Positions 19,988 to 35,637 of a stretch of 64,000 nt of DNA are shown here, one piece after another. Under the pieces are notes generated by a model. That model was not told where the DNA came from and ran no database searches. It saw only the letters and a list, made by a program, of their open reading frames with translations. Position 1 is the first letter of the stretch, and the number at the start of each line of letters is the position of its first letter. The DNA comes from Planctomycetota bacterium (GTDB taxonomy: Bacteria > Planctomycetota > B15-G4 > JADJEK01), in contig JBGAIQ010000020.1 of assembly GCA_044225365.1 (NCBI GenBank), forward strand, positions 1 through 64,000. Direction: 5' to 3'. Position numbers and translations under genes: made by a program.

Positions 19988-20416
19988 ATGGCGCTCGACA
20001 TCATCTCCTACAAGCCTGATCAGGGCCGGCACGCGCGGATGATCGTATTCTCCGCACTCGTCGTACTGGCGTGGTACGGCGCGTCGACGCTCGATGGCTT
20101 TCTGACGTGGGGGTGGGCCCGCTCGTCACTCGGTATGACGATCCCGGTTGTCAACGTCGTCGTGACGCCGGCGTTCCTCATCGCCGTCGTATTCTTCATC
20201 GGCTCGTTCATCGGGCTGCGCATCGCGATCAATCACCCGCGCGTCGCCGAGTTGTTGATCGACACCGAGGGCGAGGTTCGGCGCGTGACGTGGCCGTCTT
20301 GGCAGGAAACGCTGAACGGCTCGCTCGTCGTCGTCATCACCGTCATCTCACTGCTGGTCGTACTCGCCGGCGCAGACCTGATCCTCTCGCGTTTCTTCGA
20401 GCGCGTGGTCTTCTGA
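19988..20416 (+). CDS. secE: Preprotein translocase SecE (3-TM type)
   Basis: EVRRVTWPS motif plus TM; between tuf and nusG. Confidence 0.93.
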   Translation: MALDIISYKPDQGRHARMIVFSALVVLAWYGASTLDGFLTWGWARSSLGMTIPVVNVVVTPAFLIAVVFFIGSFIGLRIAINHPRVAELLIDTEGEVRRVTWPSWQETLNGSLVVVITVISLLVVLAGADLILSRFFERVVF

Positions 20417-20474
20417 GTGCAGTGCGGTCGCCGAGGCCAATGGAATCGGAAGCAGCAGGAGAAATGGTGAAGCC

Positions 20475-21026
20475 GTGGTGAAGCAGTGGTTCGTCGTCCG
20501 TGTTCCAACGAATATGGAAGATCGCGTTCGCGAGTCGCTCGCGAATCGCGTGAAGACCCACCACCTCGACGAACGCATCTCGCAGGTCGTCGTGGCGCAG
20601 ATGAGCGAAGCCGAGATCAAGCACGGCAAGAAGCGCGTCGTCCACCGCAAGATCTTCCCCGGCTACGTATTGATCGAGGCCGATCTCTACGACGGCGAGG
20701 GCAAGCTCGACCGCGACCTCTGGTTCTTCATCAAGGAGACGCCGCGCCTCGGCGACTTCGTGGGCTCGGATCAGAATCCGCTGCCGATGACCCAGGAGGA
20801 GGTCGATCGCATCCTCGGTGGCATGAAGAGCACCGAGGAGAAGCCGCGAGTCAACATTCCCTGCAAGATCGGCGACCGGGTGAAGGTGAAGGAAGGTCCC
20901 TTCGAGAACTTCAACGGTGTCGTCGATCACGTGAACGAAGAGAAGATGTCGGTTCGAGTGATCGTGACGATCTTCGGCCGCGAAACGCCCGTCGAGCTCG
21001 AGTTGTCGCAAGTCGAACTGATCTGA
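20475..21026 (+). CDS. nusG: Transcription factor NusG
   Basis: FPGYVLI, GDRVKVKEGPFENF, IFGRETPVEL. Confidence 0.97.
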   Translation: MVKQWFVVRVPTNMEDRVRESLANRVKTHHLDERISQVVVAQMSEAEIKHGKKRVVHRKIFPGYVLIEADLYDGEGKLDRDLWFFIKETPRLGDFVGSDQNPLPMTQEEVDRILGGMKSTEEKPRVNIPCKIGDRVKVKEGPFENFNGVVDHVNEEKMSVRVIVTIFGRETPVELELSQVELI

Positions 21027-21036
21027 TCGAACTCTG

Positions 21037-21064
21037 GAGAGGCGCGCACGGCTGTGCGCGTCTC
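21037..21064. repeat. Degenerate GTAG-family REP palindrome
   Basis: GCGCACGGCTGTGCGC core shared with the copies at 27429, 32770 and 48643. Confidence 0.7.
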
Positions 21065-21106
21065 GTGTACGTGACCGTCGCAACGTGACCGTGAAGGTGA
21101 ACTCCG

Positions 21107-21532
21107 ATGAAAGAACTCAAGGCCATCGTCAAGCTGCAGCTGCCCGCCGGGCAGGCGACTCCCGCGCCGCCGGTCGGTCCTGCGCTCGGCCAGCACGGCG
21201 TCAACATCGGTGCGTTCGTCAAGGAATACAATGACAAGACGCGCCCCGACCAGGGCACCGTGATCCCGGTGATCATCAGCGTCTTCAGCGACCGCTCGTT
21301 CACCTTCGTCCTCAAGACCCCGCCGGCATCGGTCCTCATCAAGAAGGCTGCATCGCTCGCGAAGGGCGCTGCGACCACCGGCGCCGAGAAGGTCGGCAAG
21401 ATCACGAAGTCGCAGGCGCGAGCGATCGCCGAGAAGAAACTGGCCGATCTCAACGCGGGTAGCGTGGAGGCGGCGACCCGCATGGTGATGGGTACGGCCC
21501 GCAGCATGGGAGTGGAGGTCGTCGACGGCTGA
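21107..21532 (+). CDS. rplK: 50S ribosomal protein L11
   Basis: [25 protein letters not shown]. Confidence 0.98.
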   Translation: MKELKAIVKLQLPAGQATPAPPVGPALGQHGVNIGAFVKEYNDKTRPDQGTVIPVIISVFSDRSFTFVLKTPPASVLIKKAASLAKGAATTGAEKVGKITKSQARAIAEKKLADLNAGSVEAATRMVMGTARSMGVEVVDG

Positions 21533-21616
21533 GAAGCTTTCGACGAATCCCCGATCGACCGATCCAAGACTCCCGCGCACCGGGCGCACCAGTCGCAGAA
21601 GAAATAGAGCAACGCC

Positions 21617-22306
21617 ATGAAGCAGCAGAGCAAGCGATACCGCGCGAACAAGGCGCTCGTCACCAAGACGTCGCCCTACACGTTGAACGAGGCGATCAGC
21701 CTCGTGAAGAAGTTCAAGCCCGCGAAGTTCGACGAGTCGGTCGAGGTCGCGATGGAACTCGGGATCGACACCAAGAAGTCGGATCAGATGATCCGCGGCG
21801 CGGTGTCGTTGCCCCGTGGGATCGGCAAGGAGATGCGCGTCATCGTCTTCTGCAAGGACGACAAGGTCCCGGCCGCGAAGGCGGCAGGCGCGATCGCGGC
21901 GGGCGGCGAAGAGCTCGCGAACAAGATCCGCACCGAGAACTGGCTCGACTTCGACGTCGCTGTCGCCACTCCCGACATGATGGGTGTCGTCGGTAAGCTC
22001 GGTAAGATCCTCGGTCCGCAGGGCAAGATGCCCTCGCCGAAGTCGGGCACCGTCACCGCGGACTTCGCGTCCGCCGTGAAGGAGTTCCGCGCCGGCAAGA
22101 TCGAATTCCGCGCCGACGCGGGTGGCAATCTCCACGCCGCCGTGGGCAAGGCCAGTTTCCCGCCCGAGTTCCTCAAGGAGAACATCGAGACCTTCATCGA
22201 TTTCATCCGCGGCCTGCGCCCGGCGGCCGCCAAGGGCAAGTTCATCAACAGTTGCACGATCTCGACGACGATGGGCCCGGGCGTCAAGATCGAAGTCGCG
22301 AACTGA
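21617..22306 (+). CDS. rplA: 50S ribosomal protein L1
   Basis: KFDESVE, LGKILGPQGKMP, STTMGPG. Confidence 0.98.
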   Translation: MKQQSKRYRANKALVTKTSPYTLNEAISLVKKFKPAKFDESVEVAMELGIDTKKSDQMIRGAVSLPRGIGKEMRVIVFCKDDKVPAAKAAGAIAAGGEELANKIRTENWLDFDVAVATPDMMGVVGKLGKILGPQGKMPSPKSGTVTADFASAVKEFRAGKIEFRADAGGNLHAAVGKASFPPEFLKENIETFIDFIRGLRPAAAKGKFINSCTISTTMGPGVKIEVAN

Positions 22307-22313
22307 GGTCGCC

Positions 22314-22841
22314 ATGCCGAACGTACTGAACCAACGAATGGTCTCCGAGATCGAGGGTTTCCTGAAGGAAGCCAACGACTTCGTGGTGATCGACTTCACC
22401 GGCATGAAGCCGCTTGCGACCGAGGAAGTGCGCCGCCGCCTGCGCGGTCAGCGCATCCGCATGAAGGTCATCAAGGGCTCGCTCGCGCGCATCGCCGCCA
22501 AGAATTGCGGCGTCGCGCAGGGTGATGCGCTCTTCGGCGGCGCTTCGGCGCTGGTGTACGGCGGCGAGTCGATCGCCGACGTGGCGCGGATCGTCCGCGA
22601 CCTGACGAAGGAGAAGAAGCTCCCGAAGGTCAAGGGCGGCGTCGTCGAGAAGCGGGCCGTCGGCCCGGCGCAGGTGACGGAGCTCGCAAACCTCCCGACC
22701 CGTACCGAATTGTTGAGCCAGGTGCTCGGCACGATCATCGCGCCGCTCACCGGACTCCTCGGCGATGTGAACACGCTGTTGACGGGCGTCCCGAGCCTGA
22801 CGAAGGCTCTCGAGGACAAGCTCGGCAAGCCGGCGGCGTGA
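22314..22841 (+). CDS. rplJ: 50S ribosomal protein L10
   Basis: Position; LANLPTRTELL motif. Confidence 0.93.
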   Translation: MPNVLNQRMVSEIEGFLKEANDFVVIDFTGMKPLATEEVRRRLRGQRIRMKVIKGSLARIAAKNCGVAQGDALFGGASALVYGGESIADVARIVRDLTKEKKLPKVKGGVVEKRAVGPAQVTELANLPTRTELLSQVLGTIIAPLTGLLGDVNTLLTGVPSLTKALEDKLGKPAA

Positions 22842-23010
22842 TCGAAGTACAAACAAGTTCTCCGCGCGCACCGGAGATACGGACTAGCAACGACTGGAAC
22901 AGTCAAACCAACGAGACGCGATGCTGTGAGTGGCCTAAAGGCCGGCGTGCGATTCAGCCGCGCCCTTGGAACTTCAGAGCAAGCGACCTCTAGCGAACCG
23001 GAGATCTGAA

Positions 23011-23433
23011 ATGTCGGTGGAAGCGATCAAGGAACGTCTCGCGGCTCTTCCCGCAGGCACCAGCAAGACCCTGCTCGAGACGATCTCGGGCATGAGCGTG
23101 CTCGAACTCGCGGCGTTCAAGAAGGACTTCGAGACCGTGTTCGACGTCCAGGCGGCGAGCGGCGGCGTCATGATGATGCCGGCGGCCGGTGGCGGCGGCG
23201 GTGGCGAAGCGGCGGCGGCGAAGACGGACTACGACGTCGTCATCGCGGCGGCCGGCGACAAGAAGATCCAGGTCATCAAGGTCGTCCGCGAAGTCGCGGG
23301 TCTCGGCCTGAAGGAAGCGAAGGATCTCGTCGAAGGCGCCCCGAAGACGGTCAAGGCGGGCATCCAGAAGGATGAAGCCGAGAAGATCAAGAAGCTGCTC
23401 GAGGAAGCCGGCGCAACCGTGGAGCTGAAGTAA
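23011..23433 (+). CDS. rplL: 50S ribosomal protein L7/L12
   Basis: [32 protein letters not shown]. Confidence 0.97.
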   Translation: MSVEAIKERLAALPAGTSKTLLETISGMSVLELAAFKKDFETVFDVQAASGGVMMMPAAGGGGGGEAAAAKTDYDVVIAAAGDKKIQVIKVVREVAGLGLKEAKDLVEGAPKTVKAGIQKDEAEKIKKLLEEAGATVELK

Positions 23434-23629
23434 TCGAAGGTTGGATCCAGCCGTTCGATCGTTCACGAAATCAACCGCGCCGAGCCACGTCGCGGGGAAA
23501 TGAGTGTCTTGTGTAGCAAGTTCGCCCGGCGGCCGTAGCGGCCGCCACTCGCCTCAGCGGCTCCGTACGCCTCGGATGCCGCAGTGGGTTGGGCAACCCG
23601 GAACGTCGCCCTAAGGAGCGCCTGCGCAG

Positions 23630-27321
<3,692 letters not shown>

Positions 27322-27325
<4 letters not shown>

Positions 27326-27454
27326 GGGCACACGGCTGTGTGCCCGTCCTTGCGAATCGAATCGGATCGGACCGTGAATTGAATCGCCGCGTAGGGGCGC
27401 TCAGCTGTGCGCCCGTCGTGAATTAACTGTAGGGGCGCACGGCTGTGCGCCCGT
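27322..27454 (+). repeat. Three direct GTAG-family REP copies (27322-27347, 27391-27416, 27429-27454)
   Basis: GTAGGGGCRCWCRGCTGTGYGCCCGT; GTAG tetramer 5' of an imperfect palindrome. Confidence 0.9.
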
Positions 27455-27480
27455 CGTGGGCAGTCTCAGGAGCTACTATC

Positions 27481-30400
27481 GTGTTCGACACGCAACCGAA
27501 TCGCGTGAACGACTACACCTGCGTCACCGTGAAGCTGGCTTCGCCGGAAGAAATCCGGAGCTGGTCGAAGGGCGAGGTGAAGAAACCGGAGACGATCAAC
27601 TACCGAACCTACCGTCCGGAGAAGGATGGTCTGTTCTGCGAGAAGATCTTCGGCCCGACGCGCGACTGGGAATGCGCCTGCGGCAAGTACAAGGGCATCA
27701 AGCACAAGAACGTCGTGTGCGAGCGTTGCGGCGTGCAGGTCACGTCGAGCAAGGAACGCCGCAAGCGGATGGGGCACATCAACCTCGCCGCTTCCGTCGC
27801 GCACATCTGGTTCTTCAAGGCCATGCCGAGCCGCATCGGCAATCTCCTCGACGTCAAGGTCTCCGCGCTCGACAAGGTGATCTACTTCCAGGAGTACATC
27901 GTCATCGACGCCGGGGCGACTCCGCTCAAGGAGAAGCAGCTCCTCACCGAAGAGGAGTACCGCAAGAATCGCGCGCAGTTCGGGGACGCGTTCGACGCCG
28001 ACATGGGCGCCGAAGCCGTCAAGAAGATGCTGAATCGTCTCGACCTGAAGGCCTTGTCGCACGACCTGCGCGAGGAGCTCAAGACGACCCGCAGCAAGCA
28101 GCGCAAGAAGGACATCATCAAGCGGCTGAAGACCGTCGAGATGCTCCGCGACTCGCCGAACTCGCCAGCGTGGATGATCCTCGACGTGATCCCCGTGATC
28201 CCGCCGGACCTTCGTCCGCTCGTCCTCCTCGAGTCGGGCAACTTCGCGACGTCGGACCTCAACGACCTCTATCGCCGCCTCATCAACCGCAACAACCGTC
28301 TCAAGAAGCTGCTCGACCTCAACGCGCCGGAAGTCATCATTCGCAACGAGAAGCGAATGCTCCAGCAGTCGGTCGACGCGCTCTTCGACAACGGTCGCTG
28401 CCGGCGTCCGGTGCTCGGGTCTTCCAACCGCCCGCTGAAGTCGCTCACCGACATGATCAAGGGCAAGCAGGGTCGCTTCCGCGAGAACCTGCTCGGCAAG
28501 CGCGTCGACTACTCGGCGCGTTCCGTCATCGTCGTCGGTCCGGAGCTCAAGCTCCACCAGTGCGGTCTGCCCAAGAAGATCGCGCTCGAGTTGTTCCAGC
28601 CGTTCATCATCCGCCGCTTGAAGGAGCTCGGCTTTGCCGACACGATCAAGTCGGCGAAGAAGATGCTGGAGCGCAAGGACGCCGAGGTGTGGGACATCCT
28701 CGAGGAAGTCATCCACGAGCACCCCGTGCTCCTCAATCGCGCGCCGACCCTGCACCGCATGGGCATCCAGGCGTTCGAGCCGGTGCTCGTCGAAGGCAAC
28801 GCGATCAAGTTGCACCCCCTGGTCTGCCAGGGGTTCAACGCCGACTTCGACGGTGACCAGATGGCCGTCCACCTGCCGCTCTCCTTCGAGGCGCAGGTCG
28901 AAGCCGCGACATTGATGATGTCGACGTCGAACATCTTCTCGCCCGCGCACGGCAATCCGATCATCACGCCGAGCCAGGACATCGTCCTCGGTTGTCACTA
29001 CATCACGGCCGAGCTCGAGGGACAGATCGGGCAGGGCATGGTGTTCCACTCGCCGCACGAGATCTTCCGCGCCTACGGCGATCGCAAGGTTGCGATCCAT
29101 GCACGCATCAAGGTTCGGTTGCCCGAAGGCACGGCGGTCCGGACGAAGAGCGGCGGAACCCTGTTCACGGTGAAGAACCGCACGGTCGAGCTCTCGAAGC
29201 TGACCCCGGAGCAGCGCCTCGCGGCCGGCGTCCTCATGAACCCGATCGACACCACGGTCGGTCGCGTGATGTTCAACGAGATCTTCGACGGCGGCTGCGC
29301 CTACTACAACTACACGATGACGAAGAAGGAGCTGAACAAGCTCATCGGCGAGTACTTCCGCGTCATGGGGCGCGAGAAGACGATCAAGATGCTCGACGAT
29401 CTGAAGGAAACGGGCTTCAAGAGCGCGACCCTCGCGGGTCTGTCGTTCGCGACGTCCGACCTCAAGGTTCCGCCGCGCAAGGTGGACATCATCAAGCAGA
29501 CCGAAGGCAAGGTCGACGAGATCCAGAAGCGGTTCGTCGCCGGCATCATCACCGAGGGCGAGCGGTACAACACCGTCGTCGACCTCTGGACCCACGCGCG
29601 CGAGCTCGTCGGTGAAGAGATGATGGGTGAGCTCAAGACCGACATCCGCGAGGGCAAGGCCTACCTGAATCCGATCTACATGATGACGACGTCCGGCGCG
29701 CGCGGCTCGCTCGAGCAGATCCGCCAGCTCGCCGGTATGCGCGGCCTCATGGCGAAGCCGTCCGGTCGAATCATCGAGAATCCGATCCGCGCGAACTTCC
29801 GCGAAGGCCTGAAGGTCCTCGAGTACTTCTCGTCGACTCACGGCGCGCGCAAGGGTCTCGCCGACACGGCGCTCAAGACGGCCGACTCCGGCTACCTGAC
29901 GCGCAAGCTCGCAGACGTCGCGCAGAACGTCGTCGTCACGCAGCACGACTGCGGGACGATCAACGGCATCGCGAAGGCCGCGGTGTACAAGGGCGACAAG
30001 GTCGACATCCCGCTGTGGCTCCAGATCCGGGGTCGCGTGTCGCGCTCCGACATCGTCGACGTCGTCACCGACGACGTCATCGTGAAGGAGAACGACGTCA
30101 TCACCGACGAAGTCGCGGTGAAGATCGAGAGCCTCGGTTACGAGAAGATCCGCGTCCGCAGTCCGCTCACCTGCGAGGCCTCCCTCGGCGTGTGCGCGCT
30201 CTGCTACGGCATGGACCTTTCGCGCGGTCACCTCGTCGAGCTCGGACTCGCGGCCGGCATCATCGCGGCGCAGTCGATCGGTGAGCCGGGTACGCAGCTC
30301 ACGATGCGTACTTTCCACATCGGTGGTGCGGCGGCGCGCAGCCTCGCGGCGTCCGACATCAAGGCGCGCCGTCCCGGTGTCCTGCGGCTCCACGGCCTGA

Positions 30401-31644
30401 AGGTCGTGAAGAACAACGACGGCGAGAACATCGTCCTCGACCGCAACGGCGAGATCGTGATCGTCGACAAGAAGGAACGCGAGATCGACCGCTACGCGAT
30501 CCCGTACGGCGCACAGATCATGTGCGGCGAGGGCGAAGCGTTGAAGTCCGGTCAGTCGATCGCGCGTTGGGACCCACACAACACGCCGATCTTCGCGGAT
30601 CGTCCGGGTCGTGCGCGGTTCGAAGACCTCGTCGATGGCAAGACGTTCAAGTCCGAGAAGGACAACTCGGGCGTCATGCGCAAGGTCGTCATCGAGCACA
30701 AGGGCGATCTCCACCCGCAGATCGTCATCGAGGACATGGACGGCACGCCGCTCATCTACTACCCGATCCCCGAGAAGGCCTACATCGAAGTCGATGACGG
30801 CAAGAAGGTCACGCCGGGCACCCTGCTCGCGAAGACGCCGAAGGAATCGGGCGGTACGGACGACATCACGGGCGGTCTGCCGCGCGTGACGGAACTCTTC
30901 GAAGCGCGACGTCCGAAGGAACCCGCCGTGATGGCGGAGATCGACGGCGTCGTCGAGATCGTGAAGGAGATGAAGCGCGGCAAGCGCACCATCCTCGTGC
31001 GGTCGGAGACGGGCGACGTCCACGAGCACCTCGTTCCCCACGGCCGCCACCTGCGCGTCCAGACGGGCGACCGAGTGCGCGCGGGCCAGCCGCTCATCGA
31101 AGGTCCGCTGATTCCGCACGACATCCTGCGCATCAACGGCGAGGAAGCCGTTCAACAGTACCTGCTCCGCGAGGTGCAGAACGTGTACCGGTCGCAGGAC
31201 GTGTCGATCGACGACAAGCACATCGAGACGATCGTTGCTCAGATGATGCGCAAGGTGAAGGTCGAGGATCCTGGCGATTCCGATCTGCTGCCGGGCATCC
31301 TGATCGACCGCTTCCGATTCCGGAAGATCCACGATCAGGTCGCGACGCACAAGAACAAGAAGAAGCCGCGCGCCGAACCGATGCTCCTCGGTATCACCAA
31401 GGCGTCCCTCCAGAGCGACTCGCTGATCTCGGCGGCGTCGTTCCAGGAAACGACCAAGGTGCTGACCGAAGCGGCCCTCGCCGGCAAGAAGGACGAGTTG
31501 ATCGGTCTCAAGGAGAACGTGATCCTCGGCAAGATGGTGCCGACGGGTACGGGCTTCAAGGACTACCACTGGACGAAGATCAAGAAGAACATCGCGCCGA
31601 AGGACAGCGGCCACGGTCCGTCGTCCGGCGTCTCCGTCGCGTGA
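27481..31644 (+). CDS. rpoC: RNA polymerase beta' subunit
   Basis: NADFDGDQM, Zn-finger cysteines, [13 protein letters not shown]; GTG 27481 follows a CAGGAG SD (the ORF-track start lies inside a REP). Confidence 0.99.
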   Translation: MFDTQPNRVNDYTCVTVKLASPEEIRSWSKGEVKKPETINYRTYRPEKDGLFCEKIFGPTRDWECACGKYKGIKHKNVVCERCGVQVTSSKERRKRMGHINLAASVAHIWFFKAMPSRIGNLLDVKVSALDKVIYFQEYIVIDAGATPLKEKQLLTEEEYRKNRAQFGDAFDADMGAEAVKKMLNRLDLKALSHDLREELKTTRSKQRKKDIIKRLKTVEMLRDSPNSPAWMILDVIPVIPPDLRPLVLLESGNFATSDLNDLYRRLINRNNRLKKLLDLNAPEVIIRNEKRMLQQSVDALFDNGRCRRPVLGSSNRPLKSLTDMIKGKQGRFRENLLGKRVDYSARSVIVVGPELKLHQCGLPKKIALELFQPFIIRRLKELGFADTIKSAKKMLERKDAEVWDILEEVIHEHPVLLNRAPTLHRMGIQAFEPVLVEGNAIKLHPLVCQGFNADFDGDQMAVHLPLSFEAQVEAATLMMSTSNIFSPAHGNPIITPSQDIVLGCHYITAELEGQIGQGMVFHSPHEIFRAYGDRKVAIHARIKVRLPEGTAVRTKSGGTLFTVKNRTVELSKLTPEQRLAAGVLMNPIDTTVGRVMFNEIFDGGCAYYNYTMTKKELNKLIGEYFRVMGREKTIKMLDDLKETGFKSATLAGLSFATSDLKVPPRKVDIIKQTEGKVDEIQKRFVAGIITEGERYNTVVDLWTHARELVGEEMMGELKTDIREGKAYLNPIYMMTTSGARGSLEQIRQLAGMRGLMAKPSGRIIENPIRANFREGLKVLEYFSSTHGARKGLADTALKTADSGYLTRKLADVAQNVVVTQHDCGTINGIAKAAVYKGDKVDIPLWLQIRGRVSRSDIVDVVTDDVIVKENDVITDEVAVKIESLGYEKIRVRSPLTCEASLGVCALCYGMDLSRGHLVELGLAAGIIAAQSIGEPGTQLTMRTFHIGGAAARSLAASDIKARRPGVLRLHGLKVVKNNDGENIVLDRNGEIVIVDKKEREIDRYAIPYGAQIMCGEGEALKSGQSIARWDPHNTPIFADRPGRARFEDLVDGKTFKSEKDNSGVMRKVVIEHKGDLHPQIVIEDMDGTPLIYYPIPEKAYIEVDDGKKVTPGTLLAKTPKESGGTDDITGGLPRVTELFEARRPKEPAVMAEIDGVVEIVKEMKRGKRTILVRSETGDVHEHLVPHGRHLRVQTGDRVRAGQPLIEGPLIPHDILRINGEEAVQQYLLREVQNVYRSQDVSIDDKHIETIVAQMMRKVKVEDPGDSDLLPGILIDRFRFRKIHDQVATHKNKKKPRAEPMLLGITKASLQSDSLISAASFQETTKVLTEAALAGKKDELIGLKENVILGKMVPTGTGFKDYHWTKIKKNIAPKDSGHGPSSGVSVA

Positions 31645-31822
31645 GGAACGGCAGTCGCGATCGGCGATCGGCGCAGGATGCCCCTCGCCAAACGCCAATC
31701 GCGACTCCTTCCCCCTTGCGATCTCGTACTCGCCTTGCTTGAATGTCCGATTCGCGCGCGGGCCGGAACCCGCGTGATGCACAAGACCCCCGAGTTTCCG
31801 AAGTCACAGACCCGAAAGTTCC

Positions 31823-32197
31823 ATGCCGACGATCAATCAGCTCGTGCGCCGACCGCGTGTGGTTCAGAAGTCGCGCTCGAAGTCACCCGCGCTCGAGAAG
31901 TGTCCGCAGCGACGCGGCGTCTGTCTCCAGGTCAAGATCATGACCCCGAAGAAGCCGAACTCGGCTCTTCGCAAGATCGCCCGCGTGCGCCTGACGAACG
32001 GCCGCGAAATCACGGCCTACATCCCGGGTGAGAAGCACAACCTGCAGGAACACTCGATCGTCCTCATCCGCGGCGGTCGCGTGCGCGACCTCCCCGGTGT
32101 GCGCTACCACATCATCCGCGGCACGCTCGACGCCGCCGGCGTCGATGGCCGCAAGCAGGGCCGTTCGAAGTACGGCGCCAAGCGTCCGAAGTCCTGA
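31823..32197 (+). CDS. rpsL: 30S ribosomal protein S12
   Basis: [29 protein letters not shown]. Confidence 0.99.
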   Translation: MPTINQLVRRPRVVQKSRSKSPALEKCPQRRGVCLQVKIMTPKKPNSALRKIARVRLTNGREITAYIPGEKHNLQEHSIVLIRGGRVRDLPGVRYHIIRGTLDAAGVDGRKQGRSKYGAKRPKS

Positions 32198-32276
32198 TCC
32201 CGCGTCGACACGAGCCCAGCACACTCCAGGTCGGTAAACCCTAGAACACGTAGAACACGTCCCGGACACCCTCCTC

Positions 32277-32750
32277 ATGCCTCGCAAGTACGAGTCGAAC
32301 GATCGCTTCCTGATGGCAGACCCGCGATACGGCAGCAAGCTGGCGTCGCGCTTCATCAATTGCCTCATGTACGACGGCAAGAAGACCACCTCGATGGAGA
32401 TCTTCTACGAGGCGATGGACCTGCTCTCGAAGAAGATCCCCGAGGACGAGCCTGCCAAGGCGTTCGAGACTGCGATCAACAACGTGAAGCCGATCGTCGA
32501 AGTGCGCAGCAAGCGCGTCGGCGGCGCGACGCTGCAGGTTCCGCACGAAGTCCGTCGCAATCGCCAGCAGTCGCTCGCGATTCGCTGGATCATCGACGCA
32601 GCTCGCGGCAAGAAGGGCAAGCCGATGGCGAAGCGTCTCGCCGAGGAACTCTTCGACGCCTACAAGAAGCAGGGCTCGGCCTACACGGTTCGCGAGAACA
32701 CGCACAAGATGGCTGACGCCAACAAGGCGTTCGCGCACTTCGCCTGGTGA
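32277..32750 (+). CDS. rpsG: 30S ribosomal protein S7
   Basis: RVGGATLQVP, HKMADANKAFAHF. Confidence 0.99.
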   Translation: MPRKYESNDRFLMADPRYGSKLASRFINCLMYDGKKTTSMEIFYEAMDLLSKKIPEDEPAKAFETAINNVKPIVEVRSKRVGGATLQVPHEVRRNRQQSLAIRWIIDAARGKKGKPMAKRLAEELFDAYKKQGSAYTVRENTHKMADANKAFAHFAW

Positions 32751-32769
32751 TCCGGTCCCGATTGGCTCG

Positions 32770-32849
32770 GTAGGCGCACGGCTGTGCGCCCGTCGTCGCG
32801 CTGACGATCGCATTGAATCGCACGAAGGGCGCACCGCCGTGCGCCCCAC
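32770..32849. repeat. Inverted REP doublet (REPIN-like) between rpsG and fusA
   Basis: GTAGGCGCACGGCTGTGCGCCCGT (32770-32793) and inverted GGGCGCACCGCCGTGCGCCCCAC (32827-32849). Confidence 0.8.
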
Positions 32850-32854
32850 GAATC

Positions 32855-34912
32855 ATGGGTACCGACCTCGCCAGAATCCGCAACATCGGCATCATCGCGC
32901 ACATCGACGCGGGCAAGACCACGTTGTCGGAGCGCATCCTCTACTACACCGGCAAAGAGCACCGGATGGGGGAGGTCCACGAAGGCACCGCGAAGATGGA
33001 CTACCTGCCGGAAGAGCAGGCTCGCGGGATCACGATCACGTCCGCCGCGACGACGTGTTTCTGGAAGGACTACCGGATCAATCTGATCGACACGCCCGGG
33101 CACGTCGATTTCACCGCCGAGGTGGAACGCAGCCTGCGGGTGCTCGATGGCGCGATCGGCGTCTTCTGCGGCGTCGCTGGCGTCGAAGCCCAGAGCGAGA
33201 CGGTGTGGAAGCAGGCCGACCGCTACAAGGTCCCGCGACTCGCCTTCATCAACAAGCTCGACCGCATCGGCGCGGACTTCGATCGCGTCGTCGACGCCAT
33301 CCGCAAACGCCTCGGCGCGCCGGCGCTCCCGATCCAGATCCCGATCGGCCGCGAGAAGGACTTCGTCGGCGTCGTCGACCTCGTCGCGATGAAGGCGCTC
33401 TACTTCCCCGAGGACGAACTCGGCTCGAAGGTCGAAGCGCGCGAGATCCCGCCGGAGATGATGGACGAAGCGCAGCTCCATCGCGAGGAGTTGATCTCAC
33501 GCCTCGCGAACGACAGTGAGTCGCTCGCCGAGAAGTTCCTCGAGGGCGCGCCGATCACCGAAACCGACGTGAAGAAGTCGCTGCGTGAGCTCACACTTCG
33601 CTTCAAGGTAGTGCCGGTCCTCGCCGGCGCGGCGTTCCGCAACAAGGGCGTGCAGCCGGCGCTCGATGCGGTACTCGCCTATCTGCCCGCGCCGACGGAA
33701 GCGAAGCCGATCGAGGGAATCGATCTGAAGAAGGACAAGCCGGTCACTCGCAAGCCCGACCCCAAGGACCCGCTCACCGCGCTCGTCTTCAAGACGATCC
33801 ACGACGCGCACGGCGAGATTGCGTTCGTTCGCATCTACAGCGGTGAGATCGCGAGCGGCGACGCGCTCTTCAATCCACGCGTCGCGAAACAGGAGCGCGT
33901 GAACCGACTGTATCTCATGCATGCGAACGAACGGGAGGCCGTCGAGAAAGCGGGCCCCGGCGAGATCGTCGGCATGGTGGGACTGCGCTTCACGGCGACC
34001 GGCGACACGCTTTGTCCGCGTCACGAATCGATGGTGCTCGAGGGAATGAAGTTCCCCGAACCCGTGATCGACCTTTCGATCGAGCCACGGACGAGCAAGG
34101 ACAAGGATGCGCTGGTGACCGCGCTCCAGGTTCTCGCCAAGGACGATCCGACGTTCCGCTGGTCCGTGGCGGAGGAGACCGGCCAGACCCTGATCTCGGG
34201 AATGGGGGAGCTCCACCTCGAGATCCTGAAGAACCGTCTGCTCTCCGACTACAAGATCGAAGCGCGAGTCGGAACCCCGCGAGTGGCCTACAAGCAAGCG
34301 CCCTCGCGAAGTGCGAGAGCGACGCACGAATTCAACCGCATCATCGGCGGCAAGCCGATGTATGCGAGCGTCACGCTCGAGATCGAGCCCAACCTCGCGC
34401 AGGACGCGCCGGTCTTCGTGAATGCGACGACCCGTGAGCAGCTCCCCCTCATCTTCGGGCCCGCGATCGAAGCTGCGGTGAAGAGCGCCGCGATCTCGGG
34501 TCTCGGTCTCGGCTACTCCGTGATTCGCACGCGGGTCACGCTGGTCGACGCCAAGTTCGTCGACCAGGAGTCGACGGACACCGCCTTCCAGGTCGCCGCG
34601 GAGCAGGCTTTCGACGAAGCAATCCGTAATGCCGGCATCCAGCTCCTCGAGCCCGTCATGGCGTTCGAGATCCGAACGCCCACCGAGTACATGAAGAACG
34701 TGATCGGCGACCTCAACGGTCGCCGCGCCAGGATCCAGCAACTCGACACCGATCAGGACCCGGCCGTCCTGCGCGGCGAGATCCCGCTCTCGGCGACCTT
34801 CGGTTACTCGACCACGGTGCGCTCCTTGTCGCAGGGTCGGGCGTCGTTCGCCATGGAACCCGCCGATTACGTTCCGGTGCCCCCCGACGTCGCCAAAGCC
34901 CTGATTGGCTGA
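32855..34912 (+). CDS. fusA: Elongation factor G (divergent domain IV)
   Basis: [35 protein letters not shown]. Confidence 0.96.
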   Translation: MGTDLARIRNIGIIAHIDAGKTTLSERILYYTGKEHRMGEVHEGTAKMDYLPEEQARGITITSAATTCFWKDYRINLIDTPGHVDFTAEVERSLRVLDGAIGVFCGVAGVEAQSETVWKQADRYKVPRLAFINKLDRIGADFDRVVDAIRKRLGAPALPIQIPIGREKDFVGVVDLVAMKALYFPEDELGSKVEAREIPPEMMDEAQLHREELISRLANDSESLAEKFLEGAPITETDVKKSLRELTLRFKVVPVLAGAAFRNKGVQPALDAVLAYLPAPTEAKPIEGIDLKKDKPVTRKPDPKDPLTALVFKTIHDAHGEIAFVRIYSGEIASGDALFNPRVAKQERVNRLYLMHANEREAVEKAGPGEIVGMVGLRFTATGDTLCPRHESMVLEGMKFPEPVIDLSIEPRTSKDKDALVTALQVLAKDDPTFRWSVAEETGQTLISGMGELHLEILKNRLLSDYKIEARVGTPRVAYKQAPSRSARATHEFNRIIGGKPMYASVTLEIEPNLAQDAPVFVNATTREQLPLIFGPAIEAAVKSAAISGLGLGYSVIRTRVTLVDAKFVDQESTDTAFQVAAEQAFDEAIRNAGIQLLEPVMAFEIRTPTEYMKNVIGDLNGRRARIQQLDTDQDPAVLRGEIPLSATFGYSTTVRSLSQGRASFAMEPADYVPVPPDVAKALIG

Positions 34913-34977
34913 ACGCCGGAAGGTGCCGTCCTCCGCGTCGCGACCGGCCCTCGCACAGGTCCAATCCTGAATCCCCA

Positions 34978-35005
34978 TTGACATGCGTTTCGCGTTCCGT
35001 AGAAT
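34978..35005 (+). promoter_or_regulatory. Near-consensus sigma70 promoter of the S10 operon
   Basis: TTGACA-N16-TAGAAT. Confidence 0.75.
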
Positions 35006-35243
35006 CGCCCGTCTTTGTGTCGCCACCCTAAACGACTGCGGAACTAGGCCCTAGCCTCATCCAAAGAGAGCTGAACCCAGTACGTAGTTCGCGGTTGGGG
35101 AAAAGGTTGCGGAGCGCATCGCGCGTCGCGGCCGACCCCAAAACAAACTGACAACACGAGCGCGATCCGTGTTCGTCGAAACAGCTGCAGCGGTGCAGCT
35201 CGCGAAGGTGTGACGAGTCGAGAGTTCGCACGGACGGCGTTCG

Positions 35244-35555
<312 letters not shown>

Positions 35556-35637
35556 CGCCCCCGAACGTGGTGGGCGACAGCGCGAAGAGGTCCGGTAAGG
35601 CATCGGTCGAGGAAAACGCGAGATCCGCGAGGTAACG

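Noticed and set aside
35055-35110. CTCATCCAAAGAG resembling the start of a SAM riboswitch
   Set aside because: Remaining SAM-I elements not found, and the context (rpsJ) is implausible
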